DNA of 64,000 nucleotides from Macrostomum lignano (Eukaryota): NCBI GenBank assembly GCA_002269645.1, contig NIVC01003157.1, positions 1 to 64,000 of the forward strand, read 5' to 3'. Shown piece by piece: positions 50,570 to 62,591 of this stretch (position 1 is its first letter; each line of letters starts with the position of its first letter). The notes under the pieces were generated by a model. It saw only the letters and a program-made list of their open reading frames with translations, ran no database searches and was not told where the DNA came from. The position numbers and the translations under genes were made by a program.

Positions 50570-53500
50570 TGTTGCCTTCTCCTGGCAACACCTGAGCCTC
50601 TCATAAAATGTGAACAGGTGATGATGAAAAACACGATAGATCTAAATAGATTATTATAGCCCACAACATTGTGCATTATTCAAAACAATAGTATAATATA
50701 CCTAAATATTATAGGCTTTTTTGGTCATGAAAGCATAATTATAGCAGTAACCTATCATTGATATTGAATAAAGCATATCATGAAACCCTTATATAATTAG
50801 GGATAAAAATAGGTTTAGAAATTATAATTAAGGTTATGAATCAGCATAGCATATTACTTATTTGTGTTTTGTACCCTAGTTTTAAAACAATTATGCAACA
50901 TAGTTTTTATGCCCTAGCTATTGATAATCAATGTCCCCTATTTAGGGTATTTATATACAATAGAAATTACTAAGTAAAAATTATAATTAGCAAGCTAAGT
51001 AAATATATATACATAGACATTGGGTCATTTATGTTTGAGACAAAGAGATATTTTTTATTGATGACAATCGACTTTTACAACTATTATCAATGCTTTAAAA
51101 CACAGATTTTATAATTAAAGTCAAAGAACACAAAACATATAATAAGTATAAGTACTTTTATGTTAAAGTTTGTTTTATTATAAATATATTATATATATAA
51201 TGCATAATGGTAATATGAAGGATCTATTCCTATTTAGATATAAACATTTAGATATATTTTATAAATGCTATCAGTTGGCCATAGTCAAAAATGATATTTG
51301 AACAACTTTTATATATTTATATAAAAATAATGACAACTGTATAAGCTATAAGTAAAAAATGCATTAATATTGTCTTCTAGACAGACAAAATTGTATTCTT
51401 CTAATTATGCATTCTATAAATTTTTGGATGAAAATTATTTTAATAAGGGTAATAAAACTAAAAGGTTTTAAATAAATATTTAAAAGCCAAAAATATAGTC
51501 TTTATTTTGGGAATCATACTATAAAAACCATAAAAGTATACCAAATACAATATTTGGTAATATCTATATACCAAAATCATTTTTATAGGGATTGCATGCT
51601 AGCAATTTTAAGTTTAATTAGGCCGCCTTCATTTTTCTAATATTGAACTTGAAGGAAAAAAGTAAAAAACTAACATTATATAAACAGGAGTCAAACAAAA
51701 TTTAGAGAATTATGCACAACTTCTTTCCTTCACAACCCTGAAAATATTATTTTGAAAAATCTAAGAAATGCCCTAATTTTAGGCCTATATAGTATATAGC
51801 ATGCTGCATGTACTTGGACACACTGAGCTTGACGTGACTAAGCCTAAGGTTTTCCCATAAAATGAAAATTATGATAGCTTGTAAAGGATCTATTCTAGCC
51901 AAAATTTGCTGAAAAAATCAACCAAATTACAGTTGACTGCATCAGCAGTGTTGCAGGTATCTGTGGGTACGGACGGTACACGCGCGGTGCGCGAATTAAA
52001 TGATTTAAGTGGAATTTCTATTTTCGCTCGGTTTTAAATTTTTTTGGTTTTTTTAACTGTTGAAACAAACTAAACTTTATTTCAAAATTTAAGAAAACAA
52101 AAAAATGTGCGTCTTAATAACATTTGTCTATTTTATTTGATGAGTTTAGACACAATATAATTTTTCTTCAATATTACTTCGTGTTCTGTTGTGATTTGCA
52201 TATGTGCGCAAAGTTGCACAAATTTCTGTTATTCCTTTCCCATCAATTTTCGCTTATTTCGGGTTTGTGTCCTACAATGTTATTTTATTCAAAGATACTT
52301 TTACTTTCAACGGCGCGAACCACAGACATTAGGATAAAATAGATGCTGTTTCGGTGTTTTTAGAAATGATCAACAAGTTATCGAAAAAATATTGAAACAG
52401 TTATTGGCGACGATTTTTCTGTCCAACAGCAAAAACAATTAAACAGCAGTTAAGAAAGATTGGATCAACATCAAGCACCGGCTGAGTCGACTTGGCGATG
52501 CCTGCTAACGTAATCGCTTACGGCGCAATAGTGTGTTTGCTTGGAAGGATCAGGCCAGCACGGTGATGATGATACAGTGCAGCATGGTGCTGCGTTGTTA
52601 ATTTACTCTTAACAAAATTTAAAGCGGCGTACAGCAGACCGATATGCGCCCCGTCAACTTTCTGTTCGAGTGAGTTGTTGGTCGATCATCGTCAAGCGAG
52701 CGGCGACACAGTGCCGATTCTCGCGGACGTGGCTGACATTGCGAAAGCTCCATCGCCTCTACATCCTTTTTAGAACTTCTTCGGCACACAATTGCAGCCT
52801 TAATGTCGTCCAGGATACAGGGCTTGACATTTTTTGCGTGTTGATCACCAGGCGAGCTTTTCCAGCTGTCGCTGGGTGCCCCTGGATGGTTGAAGACAAC
52901 AGTGGCGAGAACGTCGTCGGCGTAGCAAATAAAGCGCTGAGCCACGACATCCGCGGTTGGCGTACTTCCACGAAAACAGGAACGGGCACAGCACCGCGTT
53001 GAGAGCACACGATCCAGATGCTTCTGCTCAACAATTGCCTTACGGTGCTTTTATATATATTTTATATTTTTATCTACTGTTTTATTGCAACAATTTGTTG
53101 CCCGGCTTCTAGGAATAGAAAAAAAGTGGTCATTTGTTGGGTGCCTGTCACCGAAAAGCTCGAGGTTCATCACTCTAGAAACTTCACACTGGACATACAG
53201 TGAAAGCGTAATGATACGATAGCTAGGGCGCCTCGTCCGAACCCAGCGCTTTACTGCCCAGCGAGCTTCATAACATCGACTGTGCTGACTACTGCTGTAA
53301 GCTGAAACTCGATCTCCTCCTCCGGCAATGACGTCCCCAGTGGCAGCGTCAGTTTGCATGTCTGGCAGCGGGGTCGACGGCGCGTTCACGATAGTGGTGA
53401 AGAACTCGCTTTATTACTGCGATTTGTTAGGTACAGCGCATTGCGCCGCTCTCCGCGACATCGGGCCCAGCGAGCGGCAGAGAGACGGCTGTTAAATGGG

Positions 53501-53865
53501 CTCTTTCACACCAGATGGACAGCTGGGCTCATCAGTGAGAATGCCTGTTCAGCGGCGGATCGAACGGTGGCACATACGTCCGTGTACAGTACGTACCATA
53601 CGGCCACTATTACAACACTTGTAGCCATTGCTGGACTCCTTAGTGTACATGAAATCATGCAGCAGCTTGGTGTAATAAAATAAAATATTGCGATACGGCA
53701 AATAGTTTAGGACCTAGACAAACCTATTGGAGCGCGATCGGAGGTTTTAAAAACTATTAATGCCTATTTGCCTATCGACGGTCGGCGAGTCCTACCAGAA
53801 CAGGAATGAACAAGTGAATCGACTGAATTGACTAACGCAGAAGCTTCTATAAGTTCTGGCCTAGG

Positions 53866-55910
<2,045 letters not shown>

Positions 55911-57039
55911 ACGGGAAAAAGATATGGTCAGGGACTCGAACTTAAGCGCCCTAAGTTCTAAGCGCCTGTAGTGGTTCTACGGCTGATGGTAGAACGGCCA
56001 AAAGATGAAAAGCGGCGCGGCCCGGAAAAGAAGGTTAGATCTGACTGCCAAAAACACAGTTCTATATATAGTCTCTCCAAAGAGTCCAAGCCAGTTGGTG
56101 GGTGTCTGGCTGGCCGGTCAGTAGTAATTCTATTTGCACTGGAGCCGCGGTGTGCTCTCAGGCCTGGTAGATTTCGCGCTACTTTCGGTAGATTTCGTAG
56201 ATTTCGGCCACGCGCCCGGGGTCCAGGCCGATTCTGTGGAATAAAGTGGGGGAGCGGTGTGCGAGGATTGGACGGATTAAAGCTACCCAGATCAGTTTTC
56301 TCGCATCTTTTATTTCAGAATAGTCCAAGAGAAATTTTTCACAGGCGCATAGAGTGGCGACTTTTTAATGTTGCTGAGTACATGCTTGAAAACCTCAGGA
56401 TTTTGTGCATAAGTTGACAAATCTCTCATCTTTCCCGATTTCTAGTTAATTTGCACTATTTATTATATCTTGTTGAATAAAATATTGATTGGCTAGGCAT
56501 TTTGTATACAGATATTGTAAATATAAACAGTACATGTTTGTGTAAGATTTGAGCTATAGTTACTATACAAAGCTACTAGTTAATAAACCGCATTTAATAA
56601 ACGAATTACAGAGCTTTATTATTCCTACGAAGTATATAATATTCCGCCCACATGAATCATAAAAATCTCGTCGCGGCTTAAATGCGACAGCTGGCGAAAT
56701 GCAGAAGCACCGATCAACAAGTTGAAGGATTTCTAGAAGCCTACAGGATCTTACCTTGAGGATATAAGAAGCCATGCATTCAGCGTGTCCATGCTATTTG
56801 GGCTCTTGTTCAAGTGACTGCAGTCAATTCTCTGGAGAAATGCGTATGCAGTGGAAGCCTGCGCTCATCCGGGTGGCAGGCCTTCTGTCAGGCCTGTGCA
56901 CTTGCCAGCTGATTTTGCCCAGGCTTTCTCAGCCTAATACCCTCAGCAGCGCTAAGGTCAGCAGTTCGCCACCAAAAGGTAGTCATGTAGTCATCAAACT
57001 GTCGAATCTTTGACTGCATCGATATCGATGTGGCTACTA

Positions 57040-57639
57040 GTTTGAATCCAACCGCCCTCCTACTCTTAGCTATTTGTCTGTCTTTTAGTTTGAATCCAAC
57101 CGCCCTCCTACTCTTAGCTATTTGTCTGTCTTTTAGTTTGAATCCAACCGCCCTCCTAATCTTAGCTATTTGTCTGTCTTTTAGTTTGAATCCAACCGCC
57201 CTCCTACTCTTAGCTATTTGTCTGTCTTTTAGTTTGAATCCAACCGCCCTCCTACTCTTAGCTATTTGTCTGTCTTTTAGTTTGAATCCAACCGCCCTCC
57301 TACTCTTAGCTATTTGTATGGCTTTTAGTTTGAATCCAACCGCCCTCCTACTCTTAGCTATTTGTATGGCTTTTAGTTTGAATCCAACCGCCCTCCTACT
57401 CTTAGCTATTTGTCTGTCTTTTAGTTTGAATCCAACCGCCCTCCTACTCTTAGCTATTTGTATGGCTTTTAGTTTGAATCCAACCGCCCTCCTACTCTTA
57501 GCTATTTGTATGGCTTTTAGTTTGAATCCAACCGCCCTCCCAGCTATAGTTGTCTGTCTTTTAGTTTGAATACAACCGCCCTCCCAGCTATAGTTGTCTG
57601 TCTTTTAGTTTGAATCCAACCGCCCTCCCAGCTATAGTT
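57040..57639. repeat. 48-bp minisatellite running into the assembly gap
   Basis: About 12 copies of tttgaatccaaccgccctcctactcttagctatttgtctgtcttttag, with variants. Confidence 0.92.
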
Positions 57640-58574
57640 NNNNNNNNNNNNNNNNNNNNNNNNNNNNNNNNNNNNNNNNNNNNNNNNNNNNNNNNNNNNN
57701 NNNNNNNNNNNNNNNNNNNNNNNNNNNNNNNNNNNNNNNNNNNNNNNNNNNNNNNNNNNNNNNNNNNNNNNNNNNNNNNNNNNNNNNNNNNNNNNNNNNN
57801 NNNNNNNNNNNNNNNNNNNNNNNNNNNNNNNNNNNNNNNNNNNNNNNNNNNNNNNNNNNNNNNNNNNNNNNNNNNNNNNNNNNNNNNNNNNNNNNNNNNN
57901 NNNNNNNNNNNNNNNNNNNNNNNNNNNNNNNNNNNNNNNNNNNNNNNNNNNNNNNNNNNNNNNNNNNNNNNNNNNNNNNNNNNNNNNNNNNNNNNNNNNN
58001 NNNNNNNNNNNNNNNNNNNNNNNNNNNNNNNNNNNNNNNNNNNNNNNNNNNNNNNNNNNNNNNNNNNNNNNNNNNNNNNNNNNNNNNNNNNNNNNNNNNN
58101 NNNNNNNNNNNNNNNNNNNNNNNNNNNNNNNNNNNNNNNNNNNNNNNNNNNNNNNNNNNNNNNNNNNNNNNNNNNNNNNNNNNNNNNNNNNNNNNNNNNN
58201 NNNNNNNNNNNNNNNNNNNNNNNNNNNNNNNNNNNNNNNNNNNNNNNNNNNNNNNNNNNNNNNNNNNNNNNNNNNNNNNNNNNNNNNNNNNNNNNNNNNN
58301 NNNNNNNNNNNNNNNNNNNNNNNNNNNNNNNNNNNNNNNNNNNNNNNNNNNNNNNNNNNNNNNNNNNNNNNNNNNNNNNNNNNNNNNNNNNNNNNNNNNN
58401 NNNNNNNNNNNNNNNNNNNNNNNNNNNNNNNNNNNNNNNNNNNNNNNNNNNNNNNNNNNNNNNNNNNNNNNNNNNNNNNNNNNNNNNNNNNNNNNNNNNN
58501 NNNNNNNNNNNNNNNNNNNNNNNNNNNNNNNNNNNNNNNNNNNNNNNNNNNNNNNNNNNNNNNNNNNNNNNNNN
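57640..58574. other. Assembly gap (N run)
   Basis: 935 N bases. Confidence 1.
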
Positions 58575-59053
58575 ACAGCAGCAACCAAAACAACAACTAC
58601 ACAACCACAACAGCAACACAAACACAACCACAACCACAACAACCTCCACACGCCACAGCAACAAATCACACCCGAACAGTACTAGAAGGCTTGAAAAGCA
58701 GGGCCAAATGAGATTTCCAGTACAAAGATACGAACCCTGATACTTGGCGACAATTAGAGCGGCTCTCCCAGAACGAATGAAGCGAATCAATGACAGAGTA
58801 TTCACACCTCAACAAAGACAAGCGCCACATGACAGTTCCTCCTCTGACCAATCATTCGAATCACCTCCAAGCTCTTCCGGAAAAGGCATGCCTGAATTCT
58901 ACAAGCGGTTAGCTGTTCTTCTAGGAGCGGCAAAGACCGGAATGAAGACGAGAATAGAAAAGAATTTGTCAACATCCTGGACAAAATGCTTGAGAGAAAA
59001 TATATCGATAAAAGAGCAAGAGAACTTTTGCTTTCACGGTTTAACAAAAATAA
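58575..59053 (+). CDS. Polinton conserved protein (GKG...RL.LL.G..K.GN motif), 5' end in gap, frameshifted
   Basis: SSGKGMPEFYKRLAVLLGAAKTG, then after a 1-nt shift near 58941, NEDENRKEFVNILDKMLERKYIDK. This resembles the Polinton motif RL.LL..S..AGN...EI..ILD.L. The Q/P-rich start is disrupted next to the gap. Confidence 0.6.
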
Positions 59054-59069
59054 ATTTCTATTTAAAAAG

Positions 59070-59441
59070 ATGCGATTATTTTGAGAAAGACGTGGACAAA
59101 TACTATGACAAAGAGGAACTTAATCTTATTAAACGCGGATCTGGACTTTTCCCTGCAGGCCACTATCCAAGAAAAGAACGCTCTGGGAACGGTCTTGCTG
59201 ATTTGATCGCTCAAGGGGCCAAGATTTTTAAGGTCATTGGAGAGAACAAAGAGAACATCAAGAACGTTGCCGAAGCGGCTGGCAGTGTAGCCACAGCAGC
59301 CAAAAAGATAAAGGATACTGTAACACCTAAACAAGAGATTCAACCTCCACTGGCCCGCTGGCCCCAAACCCAGACAGTGTGGACCCTGCAGTCTATGAGA
59401 AGATGAGAGCAAGCATTAAAAAAGGAAGTGGTTTCAATTGA
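59070..59441 (+). CDS. Small Polinton protein with GxG motifs (putative virion core protein), frameshifted as assembled
   Basis: ATG at 59070 in aaaagATG context, then (1-nt shift) DYFEKDVDKYY...KRGSGLF...RSGNGLADL...; after a further 1-nt shift near 59345 it ends VYEKMRASIKKGSGFN*. Confidence 0.55.
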
Positions 59442-59490
59442 CTAAAGGTACTTTCGAGGGTACAAGAAATGTAAAGGTACAAGACTAGTT

Positions 59491-59672
59491 CAAAATGACA
59501 CATCTAAGTCCAAAATGACACATCTAAGTCCAAAATGACCAATTAAGTACCAGAATGACACATCTAAGTCCCAAAATGACACATCTAAGTCCCAAAATGA
59601 CACATCTAAGTCCCAAAATGACACATCTAAGTCCCAAAATGACACATCTAAGTCCCGAAATGACACATCTAA
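59491..59672. repeat. 20-21-bp tandem array inside the Polinton (caaaatgacacatctaagtcc)
   Basis: About 9 copies directly upstream of the ATPase ATG. Confidence 0.9.
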
Positions 59673-59714
59673 ATTATTTATTATTTAATTATTTTTTTTT
59701 TCATCATAGAAAAA

Positions 59715-60512
59715 ATGGACTTTTCAAACGACTTCAATCCTCACTGGACGCGTAATCAGATTAAGTTTTCTCATCATGAGTCAATCCCGAGTCACTTCAG
59801 ATGCATTGTTGTTGGTTCGTCAGGTTCAGGTAAAACATTCAGAGTCTTTAACATGCTTCTTAGACCTGGATTTATCGACTATGACACTCTGCACATCTAC
59901 TCTCCCACACTGTATCAAGATGAGTATAGAATGCTGATTGCAGGGCTTCAAAACAAGCTGAACAAAGAGGACATTATTGCATGTTTTAATAACCAAATGA
60001 GCCTTCCCAGTAACCCTGAAATTGTAGCTGCCGAATATGCAAAGCACCTCAAAGACAATGAAAAATGGCAGAACATTAAAGTGTTCACCTATGGAGATCC
60101 ACAGGCTGATCCAAAGACCAAACTTCTACCCCAACCAGATGAGCTAGAAAAGGGAGAAAGCATTTGATCGTCTTTGATGATTGTATGACAGGCCCACAGA
60201 AGCAGATAGAAAACTATTTTACAAGAGGGCGACATAACAATTGTAATGTAATTTACATTGCACAGAACTGGTTCGAGCTCCCGAACAAAACAATTCGTGG
60301 GAACTGCAATCTGATTCTCCTTTCCAACCATTCCACAGGACAGGTTAAAAAGATTTTACAATGAGGTCATTGCGCCTGCCTATTTTATAAATCCAACAAA
60401 AAACTCAAGCAGAAAGATTTCACAAGAGGAATTCGTTAATCTTTGCTATGACAAGTGGAATCAGCCTTACCAGTTTGTGATTATCAGCAAAGAAAAAAGA
60501 ACTGTAATTTAA
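59715..60512 (+). CDS. A32/FtsK-like DNA packaging ATPase (two frameshifts as assembled)
   Basis: Walker A IVVGSSGSGKT; Walker B (KH)LIVFDD after a 1-nt shift near 60160; FTRGRHNNCNVIYIAQNWF; C-terminal QEEFVNLCYDKWNQPYQFVII* in a third frame after ~60320-60355. Confidence 0.9.
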
Positions 60513-60528
60513 AATTTGCTATTAAAAG

Positions 60529-61347
60529 ATGTCGATAAACTTTGCAGGTGAATCCATTTCTGGCAACAGCGCTCTTACATCAGCTCAGATATCCATCCTT
60601 GACAGGCGATATATCAACAGCGACGAAAAGATCCCAGAGATCAAACTGAATAAAAACAGACTGAAACAATTAGAGCGCTCCATGCACCAGTTGCAAATAA
60701 ACATGGAAGATCTCAGGCTTAAAGTAGCTAGGCAGAAGTTTGAAAGTGATAAGCTTTATGTGCCGTTGTTAAACGCAACTAATGAACTTAGGTCAGAAAT
60801 AACTTCGATAGTCTCGCTAATCAACGGCTTGAGATCATCAGTTAATCTTCTGGGAAATTCCACTGATAGACGGATGCGTATTCTCGAAGGAGGAGTTTTC
60901 ACAAACACAGCTAAAGTAAATAATTTAGAAGAGTTCATGAACCAGTCAACAGCGTTGCATGATAGAATTAAAGAAAACGTCGCAACCAACACAGTTAAAG
61001 TCAATAATTTAGAAGAGTTCATGACTCAGTCAACATCGTTGCATGATCGAATCAAAGAAAGACTTGAAGCATTAAAGAGAAAGGATGTATCACACAGTAG
61101 CTATCTAAACGGAATGTATAGCTCCTGGGGTAAAATACTAAGGAGGCTTGATCGTCTGGAGAGAACACTCAATCTTCGTGACATTGCTATTGATGAAGCA
61201 GAATCTGCTGCTCGTCCGGTCATGTCTACAGATCGAGTAGAAGGAGCTCTGGACCCCGCCGGAGTAATCCGGCACGCTCTCAAACGTCAGCCGCCCAGCC
61301 GCTGCCTGCTGGACTCGCGATCCTCCGGCGTCACGAGAGCCGCCTAG
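60529..61347 (+). CDS. Polinton ORF, predicted coiled-coil protein of unknown function (272 aa)
   Basis: Open frame with heptad-like segments and an internal duplication NT(A/V)KVNNLEEFM(N/T)QST(A/S)LHDRIKE x2. Confidence 0.65.
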   Translation: MSINFAGESISGNSALTSAQISILDRRYINSDEKIPEIKLNKNRLKQLERSMHQLQINMEDLRLKVARQKFESDKLYVPLLNATNELRSEITSIVSLINGLRSSVNLLGNSTDRRMRILEGGVFTNTAKVNNLEEFMNQSTALHDRIKENVATNTVKVNNLEEFMTQSTSLHDRIKERLEALKRKDVSHSSYLNGMYSSWGKILRRLDRLERTLNLRDIAIDEAESAARPVMSTDRVEGALDPAGVIRHALKRQPPSRCLLDSRSSGVTRAA

Positions 61348-61441
61348 ACAACCGGCGGTGCAGATGGAATTATCAAAAAGAAAACAGATCTTTCAACCGG
61401 GTAGTTTATAATTTTTTTATTATTTTTTCTAGAGAAAAAAA

Positions 61442-62155
61442 ATGGCCCAACAAAATTCTCTATACGATCAGTCTCAATACGTTGAACCTAAAATACCGAC
61501 AGCACCAAACTCAATGGCACCGAATTCGAACACACAAAACCTGGCACCGAATCTGAATGCACCTCAATATGAGCAACAAAAACTCTACCCTGTCATTACT
61601 TGTAACTCTCAGCAGTTTCGACTAGTGGAGATTCAAAAAATGCGCGATGATCTTGAAAAAAATATTTTCCACAACACAAAGAAAATTAAGCGCTATGACA
61701 ACCACTGTAAATTTTTCGACTACAGCAATATGATTCTAGGATCTGTGTCTGTTCTATCTGGATCTGCTGCAGCTGTCTCAGTGTTGCCAGTCATCACAGC
61801 CCCAATCGCAATCCCGCTCGGCTCTGTGGGTGCTGCATGTGGACTTATTTCAGCAATTACTGGAGCATTAGCGCGAAACAGGCGAAAAAAACTAAAGCAG
61901 CTACAGGAGAAGCAAGTAAAAGAGAAAGGGGTGCACACTTCAATCATAGGGTACATTTCAAGGGCAATCGAGGATAAGTTCATTTCAGAGGATGAGTTCA
62001 AAACCATTCAGGATCTTTATGAACAATCAATTCGAATGAACTTGAACATGGTCGGTACTGATGACATGAGTCAGCTGAGAAATGAACTCGAGAAAGTTCT
62101 TCAACATTATGCGGAAAGAAGGACAACGAGAAGTACAACGAGGAATGCACAATGA
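61442..62155 (+). CDS. Conserved Polinton/adintovirus membrane-associated protein (237 aa; GasderX-like)
   Basis: LYP...QFRLVEIQKMRDDLE...KRY, a hydrophobic Gly/Ala hairpin (ILGSVSVLSGSAAAVSVLPVITAPIAIPLGSVGAACGLISAITGAL), and a C-terminal ISRAIEDKFISEDEF. This layout matches a family I recall from adintoviruses; the name needs HMM confirmation. Confidence 0.7.
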   Translation: MAQQNSLYDQSQYVEPKIPTAPNSMAPNSNTQNLAPNLNAPQYEQQKLYPVITCNSQQFRLVEIQKMRDDLEKNIFHNTKKIKRYDNHCKFFDYSNMILGSVSVLSGSAAAVSVLPVITAPIAIPLGSVGAACGLISAITGALARNRRKKLKQLQEKQVKEKGVHTSIIGYISRAIEDKFISEDEFKTIQDLYEQSIRMNLNMVGTDDMSQLRNELEKVLQHYAERRTTRSTTRNAQ

Positions 62156-62158
62156 ACC

Positions 62159-62558
62159 CTATGAAACACAGGTACGAATAATTTCCTTGTAGGTCTTTCG
62201 TGTTTTGGTCATTGCATACAAAACAGTCATGCACAGCTCACCGCAAATATCACTGCTAAGACCTTGAGAATAAAGTCTGAGCGATAAATTTTTTTATTTT
62301 TTTTCCCTTCATATAATTTCTTAGCTCTTCTGGTACTGCCGTCCCATAGCTATCAAAGTAATAACACTTGTGCTTGCGATCGGGATCAATCACCCAGCAA
62401 ACCCAATGAGATCCTGGCTTATCAGTGGTGTCAAAGTTCATGATGCCGCATTCCTTTCTTAGAGGAAAATCAGGCAGAGTGTCCCTCATAAATATTCCTC
62501 TAAAGTTTGGGATTTCCAGTTCGTTAGCCAAATCTTCAAGAAAGTTATTTGTCGTCAT
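62159..62558 (-). CDS. Adenain-like (Ulp1/C5-type) cysteine protease, frameshifted near the 3' end
   Basis: FRGIFMRD...NFDTTDKPGSHW...YFDSYG; the catalytic Q...CG..C segment (QGLSSDICGELC) follows in another frame and ends with TAG at 62161-62159. Confidence 0.88.
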
Positions 62559-62591
62559 TTTTTATGAGGTTTATTAAACTTTCTCTTAAAC

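Noticed and set aside
50600-51900. Very AT-rich block
   Set aside because: No organellar genes, tRNAs or repeat structure recognised; probably intron or intergenic DNA.
52600-53030. Possible MULE transposase remnant (SLDDDRPTTHSN) and a YADD string on the minus strand
   Set aside because: The similarity is too weak and short; there is no flanking RT or transposase context and no TIRs.
57030-57569. 179-aa hydrophobic repeat ORF (SLNPTALLLLAICLSF)n
   Set aside because: A 48-bp unit stays open in one frame by chance; there is no coding context or other support.
57544-58805. ORFs of 345-405 aa spanning the gap
   Set aside because: Artefacts of translating N bases.
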